Sequence record: MH560358
Strand: one strand, 5' to 3'
Source: Escherichia virus KFS-EC
DNA length: 64,000 bases
Shown: positions 35,331 through 44,376 of the stretch, piece by piece
Numbering within the stretch: position 1 is the stretch's first letter
Layout of the letters: each line of letters starts with the position of its first letter
Translations under genes and position numbers: made by a program
Notes under the pieces: model-generated
The model's input: the letters and a program-made list of their open reading frames with translations, nothing else
The model's database searches: none
What the model was told of the DNA's origin: nothing

Positions 35331-35343
35331 CAACTTTTTTGAA

Positions 35344-35688
35344 TTATTTTTTCATGAGCTTAATGGCTTCTTCCATAGCCAGCACATTTCGATAGTTAGG
35401 GTATCGTGTTAGATCGTCATACATTCGCTTAAGGGTGGAAACTTCCTCAAACTCTGGGTTTTCTAGATACAGTTGAACAAATTGTTTCTCTACCATCTCG
35501 GCTTTTAGCTTGTCTGCTTGTTCCTGTTCATATGATTTCGTTGGACCCAACACCAACAAAATGATAAAGGTGATCAACGGGCTAATGATCAATGATAGGA
35601 TAACATAACCGATAACGCTACGGTTTAAACGGCTTGCATACATGCCTACCAGGAAAACAAAAAGGATATAGATAAACAGAAAGAACAT
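35344..35688 (-). CDS. Membrane protein (114 aa)
   Basis: Two hydrophobic helices in the N-terminal half followed by a charged tail. Confidence 0.5.
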   Translation of the reverse strand: MFFLFIYILFVFLVGMYASRLNRSVIGYVILSLIISPLITFIILLVLGPTKSYEQEQADKLKAEMVEKQFVQLYLENPEFEEVSTLKRMYDDLTRYPNYRNVLAMEEAIKLMKK

Positions 35689-35695
35689 ATAATGG

Positions 35696-36169
35696 TTACT
35701 CCTTATTTTCGCGCTCGTACTTTTCGAAATAAAATTCTACTGGCTGGTCATGAATTGACAGCAAGCCAAAGCGTTTAGCCGCTCGCAATCCCATATTGCG
35801 CTGAATGTACTTCTGGAAGTTCTCGCGTATACACTTACGCCAGTATTCTAAGCCCATACAGCTTTTATAAAGATTGCATTGCACACACGCCGGATTCATG
35901 TTATCAAGTATATCATGTTCCGGTTTATGCATTCCTACAACCTTATACTTCCACGATCCATCATCATTACGGGCAATTCGTCCATTTTCATCATAGACTA
36001 CCTTTGAGCGTCGCAATACTGGTTTGATGTGGTCTGCGTGCCAGCGATCCCCTAGTTCCTCGCCACAATAGGCACAGCGTCCACCATATTTCATTTTCAG
36101 GATCTGGCGTTGCTCTTTCTTTGACAATTTTTTAGGTTTAGGGGCTTTCGACCCTTCATTATCACACAT
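35696..36169 (-). CDS. HNH endonuclease (157 aa)
   Basis: CAYCGEEL ... HADHIKP ... NMNPACVQCNLYK, classical HNH/His-Me finger with zinc ligands; start overlaps the ligase stop. Confidence 0.7.
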   Translation of the reverse strand: MCDNEGSKAPKPKKLSKKEQRQILKMKYGGRCAYCGEELGDRWHADHIKPVLRRSKVVYDENGRIARNDDGSWKYKVVGMHKPEHDILDNMNPACVQCNLYKSCMGLEYWRKCIRENFQKYIQRNMGLRAAKRFGLLSIHDQPVEFYFEKYERENKE

Positions 36170-37658
36170 CGAATACCTCTTTTACTGTATTTGCAGTGGT
36201 CTTGTCGTAGCGAATACGTTTGATGATCGGGAGAAATAAAGAGAACTCCGGTTCATCTTCTTTACGTGATTTGCTGCGAATGTACCCGTTGCATGTCATC
36301 TCAATGACTTTTCCAATCAGGTTATGACGGTCAGCCCATAACATTTCTCGGTCTAGTTCATTTCGACGATCGAACGGAATTACACGTTCAATACCATCAT
36401 CACCTTTTTCGGTTGTGGTGTCGGTTAATCCCGATCCGGTGTTAGTCATCATTCGTCCGCACGCACTACGGACAGTAAAACCGCCTACCTTATTAGGATC
36501 TTTACTATGCGGATATACATCAACAATTTCAGCGTCGAAGTCAATCACTTCTTTAAATTTAACCTGATCTTTACTGCGACGATCTTCAAATACACCATGT
36601 AAATTTTTAAGGATAATACCTTCTAAGCCCATGTTTACATAGCGATGATATACTTCGCGAGCTTCATCGATATTGTTAACTACAGTATTTTCGATTATCT
36701 GAACACGAGGATCGTTAAGTTCTTCAACAATCTGTTTTAGTTCTTCGAATCGATCTTTATATTGCTTCGTTGCTTTCTCGTTTCCGTAATACACATCACG
36801 GTCGATAACATCCCAGACAGTATAAACAATACATTGGGCTTCTTCTTTTGGAATAGTTCCTTTAAGTGATTTGTTGAGGATACCATTTCCGGTCTGACGG
36901 TCTGCAACAACGGATTCTTTTACTGCTTCCGCTACTGGCGTTAATGGCATTTCCTCTTCTTCAAATATCCATGACAGAGTACCATCATAAACGCTTTCAA
37001 CGAAGTTCTGCGCTGGTGTTTGCGAAAGGGTAGGCATATATACCAATTCGCCATCTAGAACAATTCCACGGCCTCGTAGACGCTCTAAAACCGCAAACAA
37101 ATCATCAAGTCCCTGATAGGTATTACCTGAACGGGTATAGATTGCTAATGTTTCCCCGTCAATATCAGCCATACCACGAGCGCCATCGCTTTTAAGTTGT
37201 GCATACGCCGGATACTTGATATTAGCAATAGTCTTATCAGAACATGACGATGCAAGGTGGCACGGCTGCTGGGGGATCAGTTTCTTCCATACCTTGTTTG
37301 CGGTGGTAGCGGAACAACCGCATTCCAAATCACGATTCAGGACCATCATTGCAACTTTAGCATCATCTTCTGACAAGCAGGTCAGAGTATCGGTAACTAG
37401 CTGTAATGCTGCGTTACCAGTTACTTGACGCGTGGCAAGTTTATTTTTAAAGACCTGTAATGCACCGGATAAAGACAATACAGACGAATAACGCGATGGT
37501 TTATCGTATTTCTTTACGCCAAACGTAACCTGTTTGCAATATGCCAGATAAAAGCATTCTTTCAGCGTTTCATTGCTCGCGGATTCTTTCAGGATCTTTT
37601 CTTTCAGCGATGTTTTGTCTGTTGCTGCAAGCTGGTTAATGATATTAAGAATTGACAT
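36162..37658 (-). CDS. 30: ATP-dependent DNA ligase gp30
   Basis: Motif I KSDGAR and similarity to T4 DNA ligase; start moved to ATG (MSILNI) with GAGGTGA ribosome binding site. Confidence 0.9.
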   Translation of the reverse strand: MSILNIINQLAATDKTSLKEKILKESASNETLKECFYLAYCKQVTFGVKKYDKPSRYSSVLSLSGALQVFKNKLATRQVTGNAALQLVTDTLTCLSEDDAKVAMMVLNRDLECGCSATTANKVWKKLIPQQPCHLASSCSDKTIANIKYPAYAQLKSDGARGMADIDGETLAIYTRSGNTYQGLDDLFAVLERLRGRGIVLDGELVYMPTLSQTPAQNFVESVYDGTLSWIFEEEEMPLTPVAEAVKESVVADRQTGNGILNKSLKGTIPKEEAQCIVYTVWDVIDRDVYYGNEKATKQYKDRFEELKQIVEELNDPRVQIIENTVVNNIDEAREVYHRYVNMGLEGIILKNLHGVFEDRRSKDQVKFKEVIDFDAEIVDVYPHSKDPNKVGGFTVRSACGRMMTNTGSGLTDTTTEKGDDGIERVIPFDRRNELDREMLWADRHNLIGKVIEMTCNGYIRSKSRKEDEPEFSLFLPIIKRIRYDKTTANTVKEVFDV

Positions 37659-38124
37659 TTTCACCTCGTTTTGTTAAACGTTCACGAATATCATTGAGGA
37701 TACTACAAAATTCCGATTCAGTCAATATAGTCTTTAACGGATCAGTTCCACCTATGCTATGACGTAATTTCTTATTTCCGGTAGCGAGTAATGCTTTACA
37801 AAATTCTGGGTTATTCCGTGCCATCGTAACAAATGCCAGATGTACCAGTCTGTAATAATGCTCACTCATTCGATGAATCGGGCGACCCTGAAAATATAAC
37901 ATGTGATTCTCAATCTTTTCAGATCTTCCGGTTCTTTTTGCTTTGCCACCGTGCATCAAAAAGATTTCTCTTTGTCTCTGAGGGTTCTTAAATCTTAGCC
38001 CCTGTAAAAATCCTTCTGTGCTGTTAATATCGCAACCAAATAGACGGAATGGTCTTTTATTGAAATTACTCAATTCACCCGATGGATAAGGTCCACCCGC
38101 ATAGATATCAATTTCAGAAGTCAT
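37645..38124 (-). CDS. NADAR / YbiA-like (DUF1768) protein
   Basis: IYAGGPYPSGELSNF ... STEGFLQGLRF ... KALLATGNKKL parallels E. coli YbiA (INFYS...GDFSNF ... SEHYFQAQKF ... RALLLATAPAKL). Confidence 0.6.
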   Translation of the reverse strand: MTSEIDIYAGGPYPSGELSNFNKRPFRLFGCDINSTEGFLQGLRFKNPQRQREIFLMHGGKAKRTGRSEKIENHMLYFQGRPIHRMSEHYYRLVHLAFVTMARNNPEFCKALLATGNKKLRHSIGGTDPLKTILTESEFCSILNDIRERLTKRGENVNS

Positions 38125-38278
38125 TGAAACTAATCTCGCTAATCAGAGAGAACGGATCATAATCGTCATTAGGAATATCGATAGTAATCGAATGAGGATT
38201 TACCCATACACCAAACTGGTCTTCATCGGTGAATACTTCGGTATGGATTTCGTGGATGTTTACATTCATAGTTTTCAT
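38114..38278 (-). CDS. Small protein (54 aa)
   Basis: ATG with AGGAA ribosome binding site; stop overlaps the start of the NADAR-like gene; under 60 aa. Confidence 0.35.
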   Translation of the reverse strand: MKTMNVNIHEIHTEVFTDEDQFGVWVNPHSITIDIPNDDYDPFSLISEISFNDF

Positions 38279-38320
38279 AATAAAATTCCTTAATAATCAA
38301 TAACTTACAAAATCATATAG

Positions 38321-38349
38321 CCAAAATATAGGCGGGATTATTTCCCGCC
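38321..38349 (-). terminator. Hairpin terminator downstream of gene 31
   Basis: GGCGGGAttattTCCCGCC with an A/T-rich tract on the minus strand. Confidence 0.45.
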
Positions 38350-38360
38350 GTTTAAAATCA

Positions 38361-38684
38361 TTAACCGTAAACTACAACAATATTCTGTTTGTGTGTTACA
38401 GTCCATTTCAGATCGATCTCTTCTTCCTTCTTAACGCCATTAATAACGTCTGGATGAGGAACTTTATTAAGTTTCCCATGAGGAAGCAATACAGTCTTGC
38501 CCAGCAATTCTTTATCAACGTTATCACCGATATCAATAATCTTACCGACTAAAGGAATCTCTCCCATAGTTCGTTTTTGCTCGATGATAATACCAAAATC
38601 GCTCTTTACTTCGGTCCCTGCGCTTTCCGCTTTAGCTTCAATGATCACATAGTCACCAAGTGCTTTAGGAGTTTTAACGGTCAT
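38361..38684 (-). CDS. 31: Co-chaperonin gp31 (GroES-like)
   Basis: 107 aa; GDYVII and VPHP motifs as in T4 gp31; AAGAGGT ribosome binding site. Confidence 0.75.
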   Translation of the reverse strand: MTVKTPKALGDYVIIEAKAESAGTEVKSDFGIIIEQKRTMGEIPLVGKIIDIGDNVDKELLGKTVLLPHGKLNKVPHPDVINGVKKEEEIDLKWTVTHKQNIVVVYG

Positions 38685-38720
38685 AATTTTCTTACCTCTT
38701 CAATTCATCTCAATAGTAAA

Positions 38721-39332
38721 TTATTTATATTTCGCGACCTTTGGATTTCTCCGCAGACCGGAATGTATTTGCGCTATACAACAATAAGAAACATTAAACA
38801 TATCAGCTATAATTTGCTTCTTAACTTTTCCTTTAAGCCGCATTATTTCTTCGACTTGCGCATTTGTCAGTTTTGCCCGTGAGTGGTTTTCACCGACATT
38901 GTTATTGAGTCCAGTTCTAAATGAATGTCTCATATTTTCTAGTAAGGTTACTATTTCTAGATTCCACACATAATTGCAGGTTTTTACACCATTGATGTGA
39001 TTAACCTCAAGTCCGGTAACGTCTCCTAGAAATGCATTTGCTACAAGTCGATGTATCTTTTCGGCTTTAACTGAGATTTTACCATTGTCTTTTTGTTTTG
39101 ACAATGTTGAATAATAATATCCATATCGGTCTAAAATTGGTTTTATTATTTTACCAGCACGTTTTTGTTTTACGAGCTTAATATTACCGGGAGAAACTTC
39201 TCTATAAAATTCGATACTTCGGTCAATAGATCTCAATCTACCATAATTAGAGATTTCATACCACGGATAACCTACAGCTTGTCTCCATTCTTCCGGCGCT
39301 GGTAATACGATATTATCATCTTTTGTTTCCAT
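38721..39332 (-). CDS. HNH homing endonuclease (NUMOD4-like N-terminus + HNH_3)
   Basis: WYEISNYGRLRS NUMOD4-like segment and HRLVANAF...VNHINGVKTCNYVWNLE HNH_3 segment; free-standing between gene 31 and cd. Confidence 0.65.
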   Translation of the reverse strand: METKDDNIVLPAPEEWRQAVGYPWYEISNYGRLRSIDRSIEFYREVSPGNIKLVKQKRAGKIIKPILDRYGYYYSTLSKQKDNGKISVKAEKIHRLVANAFLGDVTGLEVNHINGVKTCNYVWNLEIVTLLENMRHSFRTGLNNNVGENHSRAKLTNAQVEEIMRLKGKVKKQIIADMFNVSYCCIAQIHSGLRRNPKVAKYK

Positions 39333-39334
39333 TG

Positions 39335-39655
39335 TCAACTACCACCGTAAATTTCTACGATCTGTGCTGGAGTCAGCCCGTCTACATTAATCAGACTATC
39401 AAGCCCAAAACTACGGAAACCTTCAACTGCAATTTCATATACTGGCAAAGATGTTTCTGATTCTTTACGCGGTTTTTCAACATTAGGAACTAACCACTTT
39501 TCGTATGTTTCGAAAGGCATCAGTGCCGGATCTCGCGTGGCGATCATCTCGCGGACAGTACCATCTTTCTTAGTAAACTGCAAAGAGTGAGTACCGACCG
39601 AAAACATTTTCTTTAGTGCTTCACGAAGTGCGATATTATCAATTTGTTCGGTCAT
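39335..39655 (-). CDS. Hypothetical protein (106 aa)
   Basis: Start moved to ATG (MTEQID); overlaps the end of cd. Confidence 0.5.
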   Translation of the reverse strand: MTEQIDNIALREALKKMFSVGTHSLQFTKKDGTVREMIATRDPALMPFETYEKWLVPNVEKPRKESETSLPVYEIAVEGFRSFGLDSLINVDGLTPAQIVEIYGGS

Positions 39656-40154
39656 TATCAATACCCTTCAAATCAGTCAATAATGCTTTTGGAATACGCG
39701 TGATCGTAATATCTGCATTATTCAGAATATCAGCCCAATCACGCCCACCATTTCGATCATATGTGTCGCAATAGTATAGATGTTTAATTCCACTGTTTGC
39801 AATTGCTTTAGCGCAATCTGGACACGGTGAAGCAGTACACCACATACTAGCGCCTTCAATCGATACACCGCTACGGGCAGCAAACAAAATAGCATTTAAT
39901 TCAGCGTGGATCTCGTTTTTCTGTGACCATGCACTATGCTCTGGTCGTTTTTCTGGGATCATTTTGCCGTCATCATCCAGCCAACCGCTTTTATGTGCAT
40001 GACAGCTACAATTTATTTGCCCTGCTGGAGTTCCGTTAAATCCAGTAGAAATGATTCGCCCGTCTTTTTCGATCAGTGCGCCTACCTTCCACGAAACACA
40101 TTTAGAGTTCTTTGCGATCAGATAGGCGATCTGCATGTAAGTTTGTGACAACAT
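39639..40154 (-). CDS. cd: dCMP deaminase
   Basis: HAELNAIL and CTASPCPDCAKAI zinc-binding motifs of cytidine/dCMP deaminases. Confidence 0.85.
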   Translation of the reverse strand: MLSQTYMQIAYLIAKNSKCVSWKVGALIEKDGRIISTGFNGTPAGQINCSCHAHKSGWLDDDGKMIPEKRPEHSAWSQKNEIHAELNAILFAARSGVSIEGASMWCTASPCPDCAKAIANSGIKHLYYCDTYDRNGGRDWADILNNADITITRIPKALLTDLKGIDNDRTN

Positions 40155-40175
40155 AATATAATCCTCACATATTAA

Positions 40176-40379
40176 TTAACCGTATACGCGAAAGTATTCT
40201 ACTGATCCGTCGCTATACTGTTTTACATTGAATGTATTCACACCATGATTATTTCTCATGATGACATATACACTGCGACGTTCATCGCTAAACGGCATAA
40301 CTGGCGCTGGTTCAATATCAACACTAAAACCACGTTTAGCAAGTGCTTCGCCTAATTGCTTGAGTTTATCGGTAAACAT
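40176..40379 (-). CDS. Hypothetical protein (67 aa)
   Basis: ATG overlapping the pseT stop (TAATG). Confidence 0.45.
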   Translation of the reverse strand: MFTDKLKQLGEALAKRGFSVDIEPAPVMPFSDERRSVYVIMRNNHGVNTFNVKQYSDGSVEYFRVYG

Positions 40380-41278
40380 TAAAATTCTCCGTAGTTAACC
40401 TGAAAACATTCTACACCAATTGAGCGGTACATGTCAACCACTTGATCACGGTCATCTACCGCCAAAACAACATGATAACGCGGTGCAATTTCAGAGAAGA
40501 AGATCTCTTTCTTCACTTCATGATCAGGACGACGATCATTAGTTTCACGTTGAAAGTGATCACTAGGTTCAATACCCTGTTCACGCAACCATTGCAGAGT
40601 ATCTTCTTCGCAAACATCCTCACGCCCTGAGCATGTGATGATACGATAACCATTATCACGATACAGTTTAAGCATTTCGATCACTTGCGGACGCGGTTTA
40701 TCTTCTTTGACCTTTGTCCAGTCAAACGGATGACGACCGCCCTTATCCGCTAATGTCCCATCAATATCAAAGATCACTGCCTTTGGCAGCATGGTATTCG
40801 GTTTGTATACTTCTTGACCCATATATTCCTGCATCAGATAAAATTGGTTGCGCAAATGAGAAAGTGGGATTGCTTTCTCTCCGCGATAGAAATTACGTTT
40901 CTTTAGTGTCTCAAATGATTCATTGAACACTTGTTCAGTATACACCGCGTTAAATTCTTTTGCAAGTTCTTTGTAGAATACACGATGTTTTTCTTTCAGG
41001 TTAGTATCAGAGATAATGATACTTAATCCGCGTGATAGAGTCTCACGAGCAATCATTCTCTGAATAGACTCTACCAGCTTTTCTTTTTCCTTAGTATACT
41101 TGTATTTCAAATGTGAGTCAACACCAAACAACATAAGACGAAGGTCATCACGATTCACATTACGATAATTACTAAACCGGTTACATGTTTCCATAGCCCA
41201 TGTAGTTTTACCAGACCCAGAACAACCAACGGTTAAAATCACTTCACATTTCGGCATTATTTCTCCTTCGGTTTGCAC
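40379..41278 (-). CDS. pseT: Polynucleotide 5'-kinase / 3'-phosphatase PseT
   Basis: Walker A GCSGSGKTT, HAD motif VIFDIDGTLA, overall similarity to T4 PseT. Confidence 0.9.
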   Translation of the reverse strand: MQTEGEIMPKCEVILTVGCSGSGKTTWAMETCNRFSNYRNVNRDDLRLMLFGVDSHLKYKYTKEKEKLVESIQRMIARETLSRGLSIIISDTNLKEKHRVFYKELAKEFNAVYTEQVFNESFETLKKRNFYRGEKAIPLSHLRNQFYLMQEYMGQEVYKPNTMLPKAVIFDIDGTLADKGGRHPFDWTKVKEDKPRPQVIEMLKLYRDNGYRIITCSGREDVCEEDTLQWLREQGIEPSDHFQRETNDRRPDHEVKKEIFFSEIAPRYHVVLAVDDRDQVVDMYRSIGVECFQVNYGEF

Positions 41279-41709
41279 CGTTCCTCATTAAGTTCTTTGC
41301 GATAATAACACATGATCAACTTACTTTCAAGTGTATATCTCTTAATATCCGCAAGCCAGACTCTAAATTTTTGGGAGTCCTCCCACGACATAGAAACTCT
41401 AGGTTTACCGTCTATTGTATCCACTTTCAGGTCAATGTCAACTTTTTCTATTGGTGCTGGTAGTGAAGGATGTAATTTCGGTTCCTGTGAATAATGGTCC
41501 ATTGTACACGAAGAAAGCGCAAATACAATAGGCACAGCGAAGACGTGGATTATGGCGGTCTGGAAATTCTTATGTGCTTTCTTAAACATCCAGTGTATCA
41601 CGAAAATTGAAAACACCATCAGGATAATAATGCTTGCACCTATCCACAGATAATCAACCAGATTAAAATTGCTTATCTGCTCTTGTGTAGGCAATATTTC
41701 TATGCTCAT
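41257..41709 (-). CDS. Membrane protein (150 aa)
   Basis: Two N-terminal hydrophobic helices; ATGA overlap with the upstream gene. Confidence 0.5.
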   Translation of the reverse strand: MSIEILPTQEQISNFNLVDYLWIGASIIILMVFSIFVIHWMFKKAHKNFQTAIIHVFAVPIVFALSSCTMDHYSQEPKLHPSLPAPIEKVDIDLKVDTIDGKPRVSMSWEDSQKFRVWLADIKRYTLESKLIMCYYRKELNEERCKPKEK

Positions 41710-42029
41710 TTAGTAGCCTCCCTTAACTCTTCGGTAAACTCCTTAAATGAATCATTAAGCTGTTTCTCTACCAACTTGGGTTTTTGTGCTACTACATAGC
41801 CTCGTGTAGCGTCTTTCATTGCTTTGTTTTGTTCTTCTGCAAACTTAGTTCTTATTCCGTGCATCTCTTTTTGCAGCGAGTCTACAATCTTCATCTTCTC
41901 ATCGGTCTTTTTCTTATACTCTGTAAATTCCTGATTCAGTCGATCTACCTCCTTTTTATTTTCCCACCACATATTGCCACCTACCCCCAGCAATACAGAG
42001 ATGATAACAATGTATATCAGCTTTGACAT
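41706..42029 (-). CDS. Membrane-anchored protein (107 aa)
   Basis: Start moved to ATG (MSKLIYIVII) because the track start is TTG; single N-terminal hydrophobic helix then charged coiled-coil. Confidence 0.45.
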   Translation of the reverse strand: MSKLIYIVIISVLLGVGGNMWWENKKEVDRLNQEFTEYKKKTDEKMKIVDSLQKEMHGIRTKFAEEQNKAMKDATRGYVVAQKPKLVEKQLNDSFKEFTEELREATK

Positions 42030-42042
42030 ATTACCCCCAACG

Positions 42043-42067
42043 ACAAAAGGCGGGGAACTAGCCCCGC
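42043..42067 (-). terminator. Rho-independent terminator downstream of rnlA
   Basis: GCGGGGaactaGCCCCGC hairpin with U-tract on the minus strand. Confidence 0.6.
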
Positions 42068-42073
42068 TTATTA

Positions 42074-43243
42074 TTACCAATCAATCTTATCAGCCGGAAT
42101 CAGTTTCTTATAATTCCGTAGATAGTAAGTTTTCATTGAATCCAGAATACGGTCATAATCAAGACCATCAAATGCAATCATCAGACACATGAAAATATAT
42201 GCTTGTGCATCACCATGTTTACGTGATTCGATAGTCGCATTTGATGCATATGTCTTTCTGTCTTCTCCCGCGTGTGCGTTATAAAATTCTGTTGCTGTCG
42301 TGAAGGCATTGCGAAGAATAGACCTGAATGCTTCCTCGAATAGCTCGATTCTTTCCAGTGCTTCCGGTTCGCCTTCATATGCAGCACGCAAATCATCGGT
42401 TTCGCTTTCTACGACATAGTAGATCAGGTTATTAGGAAACATCGATGTGTTTTTAATGTTATGCACACCAATATACCATTCACTCTTCACTTTGAACAGT
42501 TGACCGTCTTTAGTGCGTGCAACAATTCCTTCGATACCTTCTGCGGTCCGAACTTCGTCAAGAATATTGCTAAAACGCGCTGAATCAACCTGTAACGCAT
42601 TTACCAGATGAGGACGTAGGATTGCGTCAGCAAATAGCATTTGATGCGGTACGTACTCTCCTGTGACGTTATGACGTACATTCAGAAGTGTTAGCGACGG
42701 TTCAGAATATTCTACAACAATTCGGTTGCTGGGCGCTGTATATTCAAAGTTGAAAGTATAATCAGACCCAATATCAGCAATCTTAGCGCGTAGATCCGCA
42801 TACTTCTCTGAATACAGAAGACCGTTTGCTCTCTCTGCCTGGCTTGAGTACAAGGCCGCTTTAGACTTCAACTGAACATAGCCGTTATCAATGTAGGTGC
42901 TTACTAGACTACCGTCCATTTTGTCCATGACCATTTCCACATCTTCCGGCTTAAAGCGAGCGCGATCATTCTCGCCTAAATTAAAAAACTTCTCCATAGG
43001 ACGAGATGCAATGCGGACTGGTCGGTCTTTATCGTCAATTTCAAACATGATCCCGCGACACTCTAACGCATCTGGTTTATTCCACATTTCAGGTTTGCTC
43101 AAGTACAGATAGCTAAAAATGCGCATACGGGTTTGCATCGCCGTAATTTCATCTTTGTAATAGAACGTATCAGATCCGTCACATAGTGCCATCAGATTTT
43201 TGAACAATGCTAAAACTTTTTTGTTGTTTTCTTTTGTTGACAT
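42074..43243 (-). CDS. rnlA: RNA ligase 1 (RnlA)
   Basis: ALECRGIMFE..RPVRIASRPMEKFFNL matches T4 RnlA nearly exactly. Confidence 0.9.
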   Translation of the reverse strand: MSTKENNKKVLALFKNLMALCDGSDTFYYKDEITAMQTRMRIFSYLYLSKPEMWNKPDALECRGIMFEIDDKDRPVRIASRPMEKFFNLGENDRARFKPEDVEMVMDKMDGSLVSTYIDNGYVQLKSKAALYSSQAERANGLLYSEKYADLRAKIADIGSDYTFNFEYTAPSNRIVVEYSEPSLTLLNVRHNVTGEYVPHQMLFADAILRPHLVNALQVDSARFSNILDEVRTAEGIEGIVARTKDGQLFKVKSEWYIGVHNIKNTSMFPNNLIYYVVESETDDLRAAYEGEPEALERIELFEEAFRSILRNAFTTATEFYNAHAGEDRKTYASNATIESRKHGDAQAYIFMCLMIAFDGLDYDRILDSMKTYYLRNYKKLIPADKIDW

Positions 43244-43640
43244 AATTTGTGTTCCATTCTGGTTTAAATTTGGTGATCAAAACAGGTTCTTCGATATCGG
43301 CAGTGCTTATAATATCCTTACCTGTTGGATTTTCTATGCACAACTCAAAGCACTGGCGGTAATAGAATGTTACTATCTTCCCTTCCTCTAGCGCCTTATG
43401 AATATTCTTACTCTTGCGAGTATCTGCCGTTGGTGTTTGTCTGTTAATGCTCGTCCGGTAATAATTGATCCGCTTTCTGAGATTGATAGTCTGACCAATG
43501 TATACCAGTTCATCATCAACCGCAATAGCATAAAGAACATTTAAACGGTTTTTCTGAGGAGGTAGAATCACATCACCATCTTTACACTCTAAACATGAAT
43601 ATTTAACGAATCCATAGTTTTCTATTAGCTCATTAATCAT
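43179..43640 (-). CDS. denA: Endonuclease II (DenA), GIY-YIG family
   Basis: NVLYAIAVDDELVYIGQTINLRKRINYYRT matches T4 DenA; C-terminal extension overlaps the rnlA start. Confidence 0.85.
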   Translation of the reverse strand: MINELIENYGFVKYSCLECKDGDVILPPQKNRLNVLYAIAVDDELVYIGQTINLRKRINYYRTSINRQTPTADTRKSKNIHKALEEGKIVTFYYRQCFELCIENPTGKDIISTADIEEPVLITKFKPEWNTNYVNKRKQQKSFSIVQKSDGTM

Positions 43641-43665
43641 TATCCTTTCCTCACGTCACAACAAA

Positions 43666-43683
43666 GGCGGGATTTCTCCCGCC
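43666..43683 (-). terminator. GC hairpin downstream of the 43691..44089 gene
   Basis: GGCGGGAtttcTCCCGCC; flanking U-tract is short. Confidence 0.35.
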
Positions 43684-43690
43684 CACCTTA

Positions 43691-44089
43691 TTAACTTTCC
43701 AGAATATCGCGAGCTTCGTTACGATCCTTGATGATTTTCAAGACAAATTCCAGTTTTTCTTTGTTCAGCGTTCCATTTTCCATTGCTTCTTTGACGGTAA
43801 ACACTCCGCCACCTTGCCCGTATACAGTGACAGTGATTTCACCTAACATCGTGGTATGAAAACCGCCAATTTTCGGTGATTCGAAAGAAACAATTACCTC
43901 GCGAACAGTATTACCGTCGTTGATTTCTGAGAGGGTAATGTCGTTTTTGTAGGCGGTTGCTTTAACCATACGGATCAGCATAGTCTGATCTGGGGAGATG
44001 GTCATTTTGTCCATTGTATGTTGCAATGCAGCGTAACCGAAAACTTTAACGAAGTCCAGAACGTCTTTGCGAGTTTGAAATTTAATCAT
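43691..44089 (-). CDS. Hypothetical protein (132 aa)
   Basis: ATG ORF downstream of PeSL promoter. Confidence 0.5.
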   Translation of the reverse strand: MIKFQTRKDVLDFVKVFGYAALQHTMDKMTISPDQTMLIRMVKATAYKNDITLSEINDGNTVREVIVSFESPKIGGFHTTMLGEITVTVYGQGGGVFTVKEAMENGTLNKEKLEFVLKIIKDRNEARDILES

Positions 44090-44115
44090 CTTGATACTCC
44101 TTAGTTGTTTTGGTA

Positions 44116-44150
44116 TGGGAGTATCTTACTACTCCCGTGATATGCTGTCA
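44116..44150 (-). promoter_or_regulatory. PeSL-type early promoter (GGGAGTAtcttacTACTCCC palindrome)
   Basis: TTGACA at 44145-44150 with a GC-clamped palindrome covering the -10 region. Confidence 0.45.
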
Positions 44151-44159
44151 ACTGCTTTT

Positions 44160-44309
44160 TTATGCAACCGCAAACATCAACATTTGAACATTCTTGGCTG
44201 TCTGGCTTTCAAAGTTCTGACATTCTTTGATAATGTCCTCTACTTTCTCGCCGGAGATCTCCGCGTAAGTTTCGATTGCCATTTTCAGTACCGCGTCAAA
44301 GTTGTTCAT
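44160..44309 (-). CDS. Small protein (49 aa)
   Basis: ATG ORF MNNFDAVLKMAIETYAEISGEK... between two PeSL elements; conserved leader and ribosome binding site. Confidence 0.35.
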   Translation of the reverse strand: MNNFDAVLKMAIETYAEISGEKVEDIIKECQNFESQTAKNVQMLMFAVA

Positions 44310-44341
44310 TTGATTCTCCTTAAAGTGTATTTCGTTTCGAT

Positions 44342-44376
44342 GGGGGTATATTACTACCCCCGTTTCATGCTGTCAA
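44342..44376 (-). promoter_or_regulatory. PeSL-type early promoter (GGGGGTAtattacTACCCCC palindrome)
   Basis: TTGACA followed by palindrome overlapping the -10. Confidence 0.45.

Noticed and set aside
27854-35340. CRISPR array as explanation for the recurring GC palindromes
   Set aside because: The palindromes are embedded between -35 and -10 promoter hexamers, are not identical to each other, and are separated by protein-coding ORFs of varying length rather than uniform spacers.
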